Shown here: positions 11,790 through 25,016 of the stretch, in pieces
Layout of the letters: every line of letters begins with the position of its first letter
Position numbering within the stretch: position 1 is the first letter of the stretch
NCBI GenBank assembly: GCA_030390025.1
Contig: CM059432.1
Coordinates: forward strand, 82,772,001-82,836,000
Direction: 5' to 3'
Source of the DNA: Squalus acanthias
Lineage: Eukaryota
DNA length: 64,000 nucleotides
Translations under genes and position numbers: made by a program
Notes under the pieces: generated by a model
The model's input: the letters and a program-made list of their open reading frames with translations, nothing else
The model's database searches: none
Told to the model about the DNA's origin: nothing

Positions 11790-13300
11790 AGGATTGCTGA
11801 GGAGAATTACCCCCAGATGTTGGAAAAACAGTCTGATAGCACAGAGGAAGTGGAGTACTTAAGAAGAGAGGTGGTGGAGAGGGAGAGTTGGGTGTCATCA
11901 GCATATATGTGGAAGCTGACTTAATGATGCCAAGGGGCAGTATGTAGATGGTGAAAAGTAGGCTAAGATTGGATCCATGGAGGACTCCTGAGGTAATGGA
12001 ATGGAGTTTGGTAGATAAACAATTGCTAGATACAGCCTGGCTACAATTGGATAAGTAAGAGAGGTCCCACTGAGCTGGGCAATGGAGGAAAGTCATTAGA
12101 GGATGGTGTAGTTGACCGTGTCAAAGGCTACAGAAAGGTCAAGGAGGATGGGGAGGGATAGTGCAGCATGGTCACAATCACAAAGAATGTCATTCATGAC
12201 TTTGATTGTGGCTTTTTTGTTGCTATTGGAGGAGCAGAAACTTGATTGGACGATTAAAGCAGGAAGTTGTGGGAGATTTTGGCACAGTTTGGTAGATAAC
12301 AACATATTCAAGGATTTTGGAGAAGAAATGGAGCTTGCAGATGGGGCAATATTTTGCAAGGACAGAGAGGTTGAGGATAGCTTATTTGAGATGATGGCAG
12401 TTATGAAAGGGAGGGTGACAGTGCCTGAGGAGAGGGACCAATGCAATGTCAGCTCACATGGGAGTCAGGAAGGGAAGTTGGGTGTTTACCAGATTAGCGA
12501 GAATGGGGTCAAGGAAACAGGACGCATGCCTCATGGACGAGATGAGCTTGGAGAGGGCATGGGAAATATGAGATAGAAGCTCAAGAGTTAAGAGTTCAGG
12601 GTTAGGATGGAGGGGAACTGGTGGGCAAGGGTGAAGGAGGAAGCAGCAAAGTCAGCTATATGGATTGTTTCTATCTTAGTGCTGAAGAAATCCATGAACT
12701 TCTCGCATGTTAAAGGTGGGGGTGTAGGGAGCAGGGGAGAAAGAGTTAAGGAGGCAGTAGGTAGTCGAGAAAAGGAGCCTAGGGTTATCTTTTGCCTTTC
12801 AGGATGATCCTAGAGTTGTGGGTCAATTTGGCAGAGGAAAGCAAGCTTGGTAGAACTTGACGTGGTCCAACCTGAACTGGTGATGGATGGTTCAGCCAGT
12901 TGGTATGCTCAAGTTTATGTTCATTGAATTTGAGGGACCACAGATGGGGACCTTAACTGGATGGAAAACCAGCAATGGAGACAGTAATTTTTTTTTGAGG
13001 GGTGGGCACAGAAGGAAGTGAGATGGAAGGTGGGTAGGGTGATATGGGTTGTGAGGGATGCAAAAAAGTGGTCATATAGGGCCTTGTCTGTGATCAATAT
13101 CAGAGGAGTAGAGAGACCACGGGAGATGGTGAGGTTGAGGGGGAGACCATGAATTGTGGAGAGAGAGGTTTAGAGAGGACAGGAGGGCAGTGAATTCAAA
13201 GGATAGAAGGCAAGGGGAGCTGAGATAACATTCAAATCACTGGGGGTGAGCAGTCACTCAGTGCAGATGTCCTGATGGAAGAGTCCAAGGAATGAAATGT
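11790..13300 (-). mobile_element. Old L2-type LINE internal fragment (APE-RT)
   Basis: LLDLSVAFDTVNYTIL and ITSGVLHGSNLSLLFTIYILPLG motifs in decayed ORFs 11779-12446; boundaries approximate. Confidence 0.7.
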
Positions 13301-13606
13301 GAGCAGAGTTTTAACTGTCAAAAAGAGCACTTTTAAAAACACAGGACAAAGATGGTCGGGTGAGCAATTTGCTCTATACAAGTAGCTTTAGCTTGGACCT
13401 TGAACTTGTAGGCTCAGCTCAAATAAACCTATTATTAGGGACAGGGGTCTTAAGCAGTGGGAAAGGGAAGACTGGCGGGTGGAGGGGAATGGATTGCTAC
13501 AGATGGAGTTCTAAAGAAGAGGAACTCAGTCGAGAACTGCCAGCCTAGAAATCATTTTTAAACTTTGCTGTGATCTCGCTGTAGTCAAAAAGTCTGATGA
13601 CAATTA

Positions 13607-13696
13607 GGGGGTGTTTTGACTGCGGGTGATAGAGTAAGATGGTGGCTGAATCAATACCGCCCATTTTACACTATCACCTACAGTCAAATTAACCCC
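13607..13696. mobile_element. 90-bp palindromic Harbinger/Tourist-type mini-MITE
   Basis: Arms ggggtgttttgactgcgggtgatagagtaagatgg / ccattttacactatcacctacagtcaaattaacccc; TTA on both sides (13604-13606, 13697-13699). Confidence 0.7.
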
Positions 13697-14671
13697 TTAC
13701 TGTCTAGGTGCACATCTGAAGAGGCTGGTTCTGAAAGTCCTGGAGAGCACAAGGTGTTCTGTGAAACTGTAGGAGACATTTTATTTGCTCATGTTTCTGA
13801 CGCGGAGCCTCGCCCACCAAGATTACCGAATAGGAATTCAGACGAACCCAAAATGATGTTCAGTCTATTCATTTTAGTGGATGAAAAATTGTGGGGGATT
13901 GAGCCCGAATTCCTAATATTCCCAGTGGGTGAGGCTCCACAGCAGGAGCGTGAACTTGTAATAGGATCCCATATTCTCCAGCCGGGGGTGAGGAGAGAAA
14001 TTGGTGGGAAGAGAGTGAAAAAGGTAAAGGAAAGATATAAACCGAATTATATCAATGTCAAAGTGGCCATCAGCAACTTTTGCCCAAATCAGGATGGTTT
14101 GGTGTTTATTGTTAATAATATATTAATTTCTGGGTTTATATGGTATTTTGGTGCTTAAAACTAAAACTATGCGTTAGAATATTTTTTAATTTTAAAGTAC
14201 ATTTACCGAAACTTGTACAATACAATGGAGATTACATGACAGCATTAAAACATTCATTTAATTTCTGATTATTTTTGGATCTGGAAAATTTGCGTTTTAC
14301 TGAATAACTTTCCTTATAAGTTATTGAATGAAAGACCTTTAATGGGGAGTTTACGATCCCACATGCAGAGAGTCTGAGCCCGGAATGGTTCCTTTCCTTT
14401 CCACAGCTCTGAGAGAATCGATACAGGTAATATATCAGTTTCTGCTCAGCACTCCGATAGAATGAGGTAGCGTTGAAATAGGAACTGACAGGTAGCCATT
14501 TAGAGAAAGTCTGTGGGTCAAACACATCGGGAAAAAAATGTGTTCCTCGAGGGAATAGCACCAGTGTAGCCAGCCGAAAGAAGGGAAATGAAGAGATAAA
14601 AAAGTAAAGGTGCCCCTCACCTCACGCACAAACACCGGTGATCTGGACAGGCACGAGGTAGAACATGGTCA

Positions 14672-14751
14672 ATCGCACCCGTACCTGGGACTGATGTGAC
14701 GCCACATCTGTATCGCACCCGTACCTGGGACTGATGTGACACCACATCTGT
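14672..14751. repeat. 40-bp tandem duplication
   Basis: atcgcacccgtacctgggactgatgtgac(g/a)ccacatctgt x2, one mismatch. Confidence 0.95.
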
Positions 14752-14834
14752 ATTATGCCATGATTCATTTTCTGATTAGCTGTTTAGAAAAATCTTTGAA
14801 AAACAAAAGCCCGCATCCTAGCATTGAAAATTAA

Positions 14835-14985
14835 ACCAGAAAATGCTGGAGACACACGGCAGGTCGGTTAACATCTGGAAAGTGAAAAGACAGGCTCGTG
14901 TTTCAGGTATAGTCCTGGCCTGTCCTTTCTATTTTCAGATGCTTTTGGGCCTGTTGTGTATTTCCAGCATTTTTCGTTTTAGTTC
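14835..14985. mobile_element. Penelope-like pseudo-LTR inverted-repeat remnant
   Basis: gaaaatgctggagacacac...gtgtatttccagcatttttc, similar to the pLTR at 50292-50385. Confidence 0.6.
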
Positions 14986-17654
14986 AGATTTTCACTTTTG
15001 TTTCATTTTACCCCAGCATCAAAAGACTTATCACAGAAACCTATTCCTGAGTGAGAAATATAAGATGACTGGGTACTAAAATAATGATAAATAACATACA
15101 CAACAAGAAAAGGAAAGAAGATACGCAACATTTGGCAGACTTGTGGGGACTGGGGGTGGGGAGGTTGTAATCTGAAGGTTTAATGCAGTAATCTTGCTTT
15201 ACAGGTTTCATTAGCAAACAACACTAACAGTGTAGATCTCACAGCCGAAAATGCTTTAACTTGTTTATTGAGCAGAAGAACCCTAATCAATATCTTTTAG
15301 CAGCATTATGTGTTACTGAGCTAGCTGGACTTTTTTTTCTTTGAACACCAGACTCCCCGTGAAGAACTGCTGAAAAGGGTCTAAAAAACAAACTCAAGAC
15401 ATTTGGCGACACGATGGAGCTCTCAAAGGGCAGCAGATGTCACCGGACCAATGTCCTTTGTCCCAACACCAGCAAAACCACCTCACTGTTCCAGTCTATT
15501 GTCATGAAGTTTGTGCCTTGCATAGTTAATTTCCATTCTCGCTCCTTTGTTCATCCATCTCATTATTGAACAATCATTCAGCAAGACAAATATTATCTCC
15601 AATTGGTCAATGAGCGAAAAAGATCAGCAATCAGGCAAATTGATATGAAATGCATTCATTTTTAAAAACTCACTCACGTGTCTGAAAAAGAATCTATTTG
15701 TTATACATGAGGTTTGGGTGCAATGGAGCAAACAGCTGTGGGATCCCAGTGGAAAGGCCTCCGATTTGGCTGTTTGTGTTTTCATGAATATTCGTGCTTT
15801 AATTAGCGAACGGGTTTGTTCTGCTTTAATTGTAAGTGACTTTTACAACCATTCTCCTCATGAGGCAATACCAGAAATTTGGAGGAAAAAAATAATCAAC
15901 ACTTCCCAGCAGAGTTTCATTTTATTCCATTCTTTCCATCCCTACCACACACAACAATACCTTAATAACAATCTTCAAACAAATGTGTCCTCTTGTGAAC
16001 TGGACTACAGCATTAAGTAGGGAAAAATGCATATCCTAAAACAAACAGCCTTTAAATTAGCAGCTTTACAATTTCAATTGCTTTGCATAAGGTTAAAGTA
16101 GTCGTAACATTAACAGTAATATATTGCAAGGATTTTAATATCAAGTATACAATATATTGCCAAAACACATAGAAAGACAAATATTAAACCTGTATGAAAC
16201 ACAGGAATATTTTCATTTTTGTTTCCTTGATACCACTAAACATTAAGCATTTTGTCTTTGTGTAATTTTGGATTGCCACGAAATCATCTTTATAAATTGA
16301 ACAAAATATCTACATCCACATAAAATACCACAAACCACTTAAAACTTCCAATGCTATAAATATTGAAGCACATTGTTATGGAAATATATGTTTAACACAA
16401 CAGCAAGACACCGACATACAAACTCTTGATTGCATTGTAAAACAGTTAAATTATCAGAACTACTACAGCCACATAAAGACTTGAGGTAGTGTTGTGGTTG
16501 CATTGCACCCAGAGCATGACACTAAAGCTTATTTGCTTAAAATAGACCTGTGGTTAAGGTATATAAATAAAAAATCTCAGCTCTGCAATTTTTCCATAAT
16601 TCTGTGGTTACCACGCGCTACCACACATTAGGGCCAGTGAAATTTTTGATTGTTATTTAAGGGTAAACGTCCTCTATATTTTCACACATCAACTGCTCAA
16701 TTGTGAGGTGTAAAAGAGTGCCTCGGTAATGATGACTCTTTTGGCTTCCTCTTATTTGGCCTCACCTCAGCACTACTCCACTACTCCACACCACTGTAAC
16801 AAAAACCAAAAGCTCACCAGTGTGGCAATTTGAACTATACCCCACTACGTTATGGTGCTGGTACTGCTAATAAGGTTTCAGCAGTGCACAATCCACTCAA
16901 TGCTTGGCTAATTATGCAATTTAATCTAGGAGTCATTTCAGGAAAATATTTTGTGAATTTTGCGAAACTACTGAGTGATTGATGGACAAAGTGGAAGGGA
17001 GAGTCATTTTTGTTCATGATTTAAGACATCTGATACAATCTATTTATTAATTCATTTATTAATACTGTACTGTTGTAACTGAATGTTATAGTACAGTACA
17101 AACAATTCTTGGGAAAAGGCAACTGTGGCTGAAAATTCAGCTTTTGCTTGTTTTTAGTAAATTTAAAAGTGTAACTGAAAACATCCACACAGAGGAAAAG
17201 CACGATCTGAAAATCATATTTACTGACTCGTTTTGTGAAAGATGAATTATTTTCATTTGAGTTACTTTTAACTTACTGATTTGAATAATAAATTCAGTTA
17301 ACATTGATTTTAACTATTTAAAGGGTAAAGATCATTACTATAACGTGTGCCGCAACAAAACCAAAAGGTACGATGATGCCACTGTGACTCAGCTCATGCC
17401 TGCGGCTTCTAAGTTGTAAGTTATAACACCCTAGTACTGATTTCTGCAAGTATATTGGGGAGCACCCGACACTAAGACTGTACTGAGTAAACCATTCATG
17501 CCGTTCCGAACCAGTTTTCCGCTGCCCTGCATGTTATGTGGCCCACTGTTTACCAATTCTGGTAAAATTATTCAGACATTTGTGTCATGCAACTGGTCAT
17601 TGGACAAAAACAATGGTAGAATGTTAAACCTCTTTTTGCCTTGGATGTTATACT

Positions 17655-17886
17655 CACATAACATTGTGTGTTATATGATCTGGAATGCACTGCCCTGAAA
17701 AGGGTGGTGGAAGCAGATTCAACAGTAACTTTGAAAAGGGAATTGGATATATACTGGAAAAGGACATTTTTGCAGGACTATGGGGAAAAAGCGGGGGAGT
17801 GGGACTAATTAGAGAGCTCTTTCAAAGAGCCGGCACAGGCACAATGGGCCGATAGGCCTCCTGTGTGGTAAGATTCTATGATTCTG
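17655..17886 (+). mobile_element. CR1 3' end fragment
   Basis: tggaatgcactgccctgaaaagggtggtggaagcagattc...attctatgattct tail; homologous to 414-640. Confidence 0.85.
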
Positions 17887-18439
17887 CATTTAATAAATTA
17901 ATTTGAGAATTCTTCTCTCCACTAAATTAAAATAGCAGAGAATGGAATTTCAGATGAATGTGGTAAGCCTTTGTACCTGTTGGAATAAAAGAAGATTCTA
18001 TAAAAGATTCTTCCACAAAAAGATTCTGGAAGCTCAGAGTATTTATACATGGACTAAAAGTAATTTATCAAACCTGAAGTAATTTTCTTGGCTGAAATAA
18101 TTGAGTCTTTTGTATCATTTAGTTGGCAAGTAGCCTAAAATGTTAGTGTCAAGTCCTGCAGAGCATCCTGAGTTTATAATACATGTTGTTGGAAAAATTT
18201 GTTAGCCAGCATGCTATTAGTAGTATAGTCAAATCAATATCATGCACACCTGATCAAAACACAACATTTCAAAGTACCCTTTCCACTCTCCACAGAAATC
18301 CTGGTCTAATCACAACATTTCTCGGTAAACTAGTTATCATTTCTTTTCCCTTTTTTTCTCACCAATTCTCTCCCTTCCCCTCCTTTATTTATCTCTCCTG
18401 AAGTTATTGACTCTCCCAAGTGGCCATTATTTGTTTGTG

Positions 18440-18730
18440 AGCATTGACAGTGAGTGTTGGTAGGCTATTGGATCATGGAAGTATCACAGCCGTTCTGACC
18501 TTGTGCTCACTCGACATCCACACGTACATATCCAGCTGTGCAGATTGCTGGATAGCGATCATGAGTGGTAACCTTAACTGACTTTCTTTCCCTAATCCAG
18601 GGGTGCTGAAGGCAGTTGTAGTGTGCTTACCGGGACTCAGTCTAAGATCAGCTAACTCAGACTGGGGATCGAATCAGGGACCTTGCTGGCCCACAGGGCT
18701 AACTGGATAAACTTACTGAGCCACTAGGAG
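18440..18730 (-). mobile_element. Old tRNA-headed SINE family copy
   Basis: gacatccacac...gatcagctaactcag...gggatcgaatcagggacctt...tgagcca. Confidence 0.65.
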
Positions 18731-19669
18731 AGCTAAACCAGTTATGCATTATCTTTAGGTGTTGCACAATATTTAAGAAAAGATGTAAGCAAGAAATGGA
18801 TCTTTATGACGTTGTCTCTAATAGTATATTAATTAATATTAATATATACTAATACAGGTTAAGAGATAGTTCAACTCATAATTAAGAGGTTGTTTCAGAT
18901 TTTACTACATGTTCACAAATAATCTCACTTCCTTTGTCTAACTGTGATTCCTTGCTATGTGTGCAATTCTCAATATAGATTCAATCAGTGCAAAAGTAAG
19001 CCACAGTGTGCATTTTGGGAATCAATATCTTAGCAAAAGGAATTTAAAGGATCTATAATGTGAGAAGTGTGCAAAATCTTTAATAATTTTATATATATAT
19101 ATATATATATATTTTAAAACTGCATTAATCCAGTAATTTGCTAACCCTGAGAACAGGAAAGGAACCGCCTGCACTTGTGTGGTAGTTTAGCAAATACACT
19201 CTGCTAAGTATCTGTCAGTCTGTGGTTAGATTGTCGATAGTTTGCTAATTCCAGGGTCTGTAGCCATCATTGTGCAGTATGGTGACTCCTGTGGTAGCTC
19301 GGTAGGGGCTGCTCTCCTCTTTGTATGGATTCTGTGGGGCTGCCAATGGCTCCTCACTTGAATTGTAAAGGTAATCTCCATCCACAGAGTCTGTCTGATT
19401 GGTCGGCATACTGTGCAATGCTTGGGTGGCAGCAGCATCTACCTGGAGCCTCTCACCTGATTAGCAAATGAATGTAGATGTTAGAACCTGAAACAAAAAA
19501 ACAAGTTTTCCACAGGAAGTAAATGAGCAATTTTAATCGGAGCGACTAGATCTGTTGTGGTCTAAGGAAGGAGTGGTTTCATGATACTAGACACTACAGT
19601 CACCGTTTTTTGAATCTCTATTGTTTCTAGAACCTGAGAGACAAAGGCTGGAATCTGGAGGAAGGCGGG

Positions 19670-20340
19670 TTGGGGATGGGCGGGAGCGAGGACCGGGGTT
19701 CAGGGGGAGGGGAAAGGATCGGGGGGAGGGGGAGAGTGAGGACTGGGGATCAGGGGGAGGGGGAGAGCGAGGACCGGGGTTCAGGGGGAGGGGAAAGGAT
19801 CGGGGGAGGGGGAGAGCGAGGACGGGGGATGGGGGAGGGGGAGAGTGAGGACCGGGGATCAGGGGGAGGGGAAAGGATCGGGGGAGGGGGAGAGTGAGGA
19901 CTGGGGATCGGAGGAGGGGGAGAGTGAGGACCGGGGATCGGGGCCGGGGGAGCGAGGACCGGGGATCGGGGGGAGGGGAAAGGATCGGGGGAAGGGGGGG
20001 AGAGCGAGGACCGGGGGGAGGGGGAGAGCGAGGACCGGAGATTGGGGAAAGGATCGGGGGGAGCGAGGACCGGGGATCGGGGGCCGGGGAAAGGATCGGT
20101 GGGGGGGGAGGGAGAGCGAGGACCGGGGATCGGGGGCCGGGGAAAGGATCGGGGGAGGGGGGGGGGGAGCGAGGACCGGGGATCAGGAGCCGGGGAAAGG
20201 ATCGGTGGGGGGGGGGGGTGCGGATGGGTAGTCGGGCAGACAATCGGAGCTGGATGATCGGGGTGAGTGAAGAGTAGATCAGGGCCGGCCACCGGAGCAT
20301 CGTGGTCGGCCTCAGCATCATCGTTGGGGCAGGGGAGACC
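19670..20340. repeat. G-rich degenerate minisatellite (ggggagggggagagcgaggaccggggatc / ggggaaaggatc units), probably inside a non-autonomous Harbinger-like element of about 19645-20765
   Basis: Directly visible repeat; the right end gttaaaatccccccc resembles other Harbinger TIRs here. Confidence 0.85.
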
Positions 20341-20879
20341 TGGGGGGGAGGCCTGAGGAGGTGATCGGAGTCCTCGTGGAGGGGTCTCTGATCATGGGGG
20401 GTGGGTTAGGTAGGGACCCTGGATCCAGGAGGTAGGTATAAAGCCACTTACCACCTAGATCCAGCAGCCTCCACCTCGCCTTAACTGCTGGGTTTCACGA
20501 ATTGTGTAAAGCCTGTCCACATGCAATTAAAAACAAAATGGAGTTTAAAAAAGAGACTTCCAGCCTCATTATAATATTTAAATTGACATTCTGCTCCCTG
20601 GGAGCGGCTTGGTCGCCTGCACCCCCCCCCCCCCCACGTCTCAACTCCGTTAAAACCGGAAGTGGGCGGGTTGGAGGCGGGATCAGATCAGGAATCCCAG
20701 TTTTAACAATTTAACTGCCCCCACGCTCCAAACCCACCCTTTTTTTTAAGGTTAAAATCCCCCCCAAATTGTTTTATTGCCTTTTTTTCAATTTTGTTCC
20801 CTCCAATTTTGCATACACTGACTCTTTGAGGTAGGGTTTCACAAGTGCCAACACCTCTCACAAGTGACTATACTTCATG

Positions 20880-21090
20880 GAAGCCTAGATTTTGGAGTAT
20901 TATATAGCTATTTGATCATGAAGGATGTCAGAGCCGAACCCAATCTTTTCTTCACCCGACGTCAACACCGGCACACCTTGCAACAAAGGTCACTGGATAC
21001 GGTTCAGTCGTGGGAAACCCTTCCCTAGCCTGTAGGCCATGAGGCCAATTATAACACCTCAACTAAGATCAGTTAACTCAGCACAGATAC
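20880..21090 (-). mobile_element. Old tRNA-headed SINE family fragment
   Basis: cacccgacgtcaacac...gaggccaatt...gatcagttaactcagcacaga. Confidence 0.55.
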
Positions 21091-21094
21091 CTTG

Positions 21095-21247
21095 TGGGTA
21101 ACTTAAATGTAGCTCACCGGTTTTACACCCTGCCCAATATTACTCTCCACTGACTTCAAAGGAGAGTAAAATCAGGCGGGTTGTAAAACCAGCATTCCTG
21201 CCGATCACATGAGGTTCCCGATGGCCAGATTAGGTTAACATTGCCCT
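21095..21247. mobile_element. Small palindromic MITE remnant
   Basis: ggttttacaccctgccc...tactctcc / ggagagta...ggcgggttgtaaaacc internal inverted repeat. Confidence 0.5.
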
Positions 21248-21969
21248 ACTTGTGTCACTGTTGCTGAATATTACAGTGTAACTGTAGCTGGTGTAGCAGC
21301 CAACTTATTATCCTTAAAGTTAAACCCCTGCTGATATCACGGATAAAGGCAGTGTCCGATGTAGCACTAAGCCACATACATTGAAAGGTTTTAGGTTTGA
21401 TTCCTGGTCTGAACCGAGCTAGCTGATTTTATCCCAGGTTGCAATAGTTACATAGTATTTACAACACAGAAACAGGCCGTTCGGCCCAACAGCTCCATCC
21501 CGGTGTTTATGCTCCACACAAGCCTCCTCCTACTCTTCTTCATCTAACCCCATCAACATATCACTCTATTCCTTTCTCCCTCTTGTGTTTATCTAGTTTA
21601 CCCTTAAATGCATCTATGCTAGTCACCTCAACTACTCCTTGTGGTAGCCAGTTCCACATACTAACCACTCTCTGGGTAAAGAGAATTCCCTATTCGATTT
21701 ATTTATATTTATGGCCCCTAGTTCTGGTCTGCTCCGCAAGCGGAAACATCTTCTGTACGTCTACCCTATCAAACCCTTTCATAATCTTGAAGACCTCTAT
21801 CAGGTTACCCCTCAGTCTTCACTTTTCTAGAGAAAAGAGCCTCAGCCTGCTCAATCTTTCCTGATAGGTATAACCTCTCAGTTCTGGTATCATCCTAGTA
21901 AATCTTTTTTGCACCTTCTCCAGTGCCTCTATATCTTTTTATAATATGGAGACTGTGCACAGTACTCAT

Positions 21970-24190
21970 CAGCCGGAAATTTCCAGGGAGACAGCGGGCG
22001 GGATCAGTGGCGGGTCGGGTGGGACATTTGATTTTTTTGGACAGCGGGCCGGGACCCCGCTGTCAAGCCGCCGCAATGTGCCTTTCCCAATGGTGCGTGT
22101 GTGATCTCCGATCTGACCCAACCCGCAGAGGCAGGCGACCCAATTAAACCAATTATTGGTTGTTGATAGACCCTTAATAATGCTTTTAACCTTTCCTCTT
22201 AACTTTCACTGCTCGCCTACGGGGTCCACGCTGCTCAGGGACCACGTCTGTGAACCTGAGGTGGGAGTTGAATGGCCATTGCTCCAGCTGATTACTTGAC
22301 AACTTCAAAGGTAAAGTAAAAGCTCCCAGCTGACAGATCATCACTTTCCTCAGCCACAAGCTGTTTATCAGTCCATTTCCAGCACAGATTCTGCAGGCTT
22401 TCCACTTTCCACTCTCCATCCACTCTCACCTCATTGGAAGAACTCTCTCACCATTGACAGAATGCTTCTGTCATCTCTACTTCACCTGCCATCTATTCCA
22501 TCAACATGGGTGCCCTTTATACTGTCTCACCTTGGTCCTCAGAATCCCACCACGATCAGCCCCAACACCAGCAGCACCAGGAACACCACCTGCACCAACA
22601 ACAACACTGACCTTCTCCGCAATCATCTGATGCTGCACAGGACACAGGGCATCAGCACCCGATCACATTGCTGCCCAGGAGGCCAGGGATGGCCTCACCA
22701 TGGCCAGATTTACTTCACTTGACGCTGTAAACCCTGGCTGCCACATGATGCACCAGGTTGGCACCATCCCACACCAACACCATAAAGCATCCTTACAATG
22801 TCCAAGCCATTCCTTTCACACTCACCACCATTGCAGGGATTACCGTTATGTATCACCATTCAATGCAACTCACTAAGCCACTTCCAAAGGTGCACACAAA
22901 TCTGTCCAAGAACGGAAAGTGTTGAAAATAAAGGTTCCAATGTTTGACAGCACATTAACAGAAACTTTACATGAACATTGGATAAACACCCAAGTGGCTA
23001 CCCTTGTGTGTTAGTTGGTATGATGGCACGAGGATGAGGGTGAGGGTGAGTGTGAGGGGTGGCTAGTGAGATGGGGATGTGATAATGTAGATAGAGAGGG
23101 ATGGGTGGAGGTGCAAGGTAAGTTGGTGTGAGTAAGGATGTGCAGGAGTAGGGTAGGGCAGAGTGATGAGAGGCACAAGAGGATGAAGGTGAATGTGGCT
23201 TTGTAAAAGAAAGACTTTCATTTATATAGCGCCTTTCACAACCACCGGACATCTCAATTGCTTTACAGCCAATGAAGTACTATTTGAAGCATAGTCACTG
23301 TTGTAATATGGGAAACGCGGCAGCCAATTTGCACACAGCAAGGTCCCACAAACAGTAATGTGATAATGACCAGATAATCTGTTTTTGTTATGTTGGTTGA
23401 GGGATAAATATTGGCCAGGACACCAAGGATAACTCCCCTGCTCTTCTTCGAAATAGTGCCATGGGATCTTTTACGTCTACCTGAGAGAGCAGACGGGGCC
23501 GCGGTTTAATGTCTCATCTGAAAGGCGGCACCTCCGACAGTGCAGCACTGGAGTGTCAGCCTAGCTTTATGTGCTCAAGTCCCTGGAGTGGGACTTGAAC
23601 CCACAACCTTCTGACTCAGAGGCGAGGGTGCTACCAACTGAGCCACAGCTGACACTAATGTTGTACTAATGTTTCGTGATCTAATGAGATAATTGAAAGG
23701 TTTGCGGCTCTGCACCCAGGTCCTCCTGATGACATCCCTGCTTGTGACCTCCTGTGCAATGTGCAACCAGGCTGTTTTGGTCTCCTGGGGTGGTCTCTTC
23801 CGCCCATGGGAAGGAAAGAGGAGCTCCCTGCAATCTCTGACTCCCTCTATAAGCATATGGAGGGAGTCAGGGGAGAACCTGGGGGCAGCCGTGCACCTCT
23901 GTGCAGTGTTTGTCAGTGTTTGCAGCACTTCAATGCTGTAGAACACTGACAGCACAAATGTCAAAACAAAGTTGGCCATGGTCCCTTTAAGAAAACCGGC
24001 TGATGACACGTCATGAATGACGTCACCAGGCCTGCTTCCTCGAATTGGCTCGGGAAACACGCTGGGCGGGCTTAACAAGCCCTAGCAATGTAAATTCATT
24101 TTCCAGAGCAGGATGGAGCCAGCAGTGGGGCCGCGACCCGCCACCGACATCGCCTGGCCCGGACCCGCCGAGGTGAAGAAAATCCAACCC
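21970..24190 (-). mobile_element. Internally deleted Harbinger family B copy, opposite orientation to 50386-54620
   Basis: Myb exon AAPRFSPDSLHMLIEGVR...GRKRPPQETKTAWLHIAQEVT (-); transposase 5' region atgggtgccctttatact... at 22506 (+) homologous to 54067; degenerate TIRs; flanks cat/caa. Confidence 0.8.
23205..23655 (-). mobile_element. DeuSINE (SacSINE1-like) tRNA-headed SINE with L2-type tail, nested in the Harbinger
   Basis: A/B boxes gtggctcagttggtag...gggttcaagtccc; Deu-like core ggaggtgccgcctttcagatgagac...gatcccatggcactattt; tail aaggcgctatataaatg. Confidence 0.85.
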
Positions 24191-25016
24191 CAAGTATGGT
24201 CTAACCAAGGTTCTATACAAGTTTAACATAACTTCTCTACTTTTCAATTCTGTCCCTCTTGAAATGAACCCCAGTGCTTTGTGTGCTTTTTTATGGCCTT
24301 ATTAACGTGTATCACTACTTTTAGTAATTTATGTATCTGTACCCCCAGATCCCTATGCTCCTCCACCCCATTTAGACACTTATTTTCCTAGGAGTATGTG
24401 GTCTTCTTGTTCTTCCTACCAAAATGTACCACCTCACACTTATATTGAAGTTCATTTGCCAATTACACACCCATTCTGCAAGTTTATTCATGTCTTCATG
24501 TATTTTCTTTCTTTCCTGTATTTTGTTGCAGTCCTCCTCTGTATGAACTATACCCCCTAATTTGGTGTCGTCCGCAAATTTTGAAATTGGAGTTCCAATT
24601 CCCAAGTCCAAATCATTTATGTAATGTCCCTACAGTCAAATATCTTGCCAACAATCGTTATCTAGGCTGGCACTCAAAGAATGGCCAACTGGGTGAAATA
24701 CCTGAAAGTGTTCAGCAGCCATGGCATAGTGGGATTTTACTAGATTTTGTTTCAGAAAAACAATGCCAGTAAGTAGTACATATAGACACCAATGTAGGAA
24801 ACAGAATTTAGAAAACACTGCAGAAGAGAACAGCATAATCAAACAATCTATAATATTCCGTTTTGTAATTAAAGAAATGCTACTCATGATTTTCATGTAC
24901 ATCTCCATCTCCTTCAAGCTGTGTTTCTGATATGCATGTTCCATGTTAGCACTGGTTTAATTAGCAATAACAAAACCAAAGTGTAAAATTCAGATGAGAA
25001 CAAGTAAAACATACAA

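Larger units (their letters stand above)
21448..24625 (-). mobile_element. CR1 3' fragment split by a Harbinger insertion (pieces 21448-21969 and 24191-24625)
   Basis: cacagtactc|caagtatggtctaacc continuity; ISKFADDTKLGG at 24372-24611. Confidence 0.85.

Noticed and set aside
13616..14158. 180-aa ORF as a host exon
   Set aside because: It starts inside a MITE at a non-ATG codon, has no recognisable domain, and I saw no SLCO5A1- or NCOA2-like peptide.
19587..20321. Proline-rich and Gly/Arg-rich ORFs
   Set aside because: Translations of a G-rich minisatellite with no splice or domain support.
23575..23655. tRNA gene (also 55940-56025)
   Set aside because: The A/B boxes are SINE heads continuing into SINE bodies, with no complete cloverleaf or terminator.
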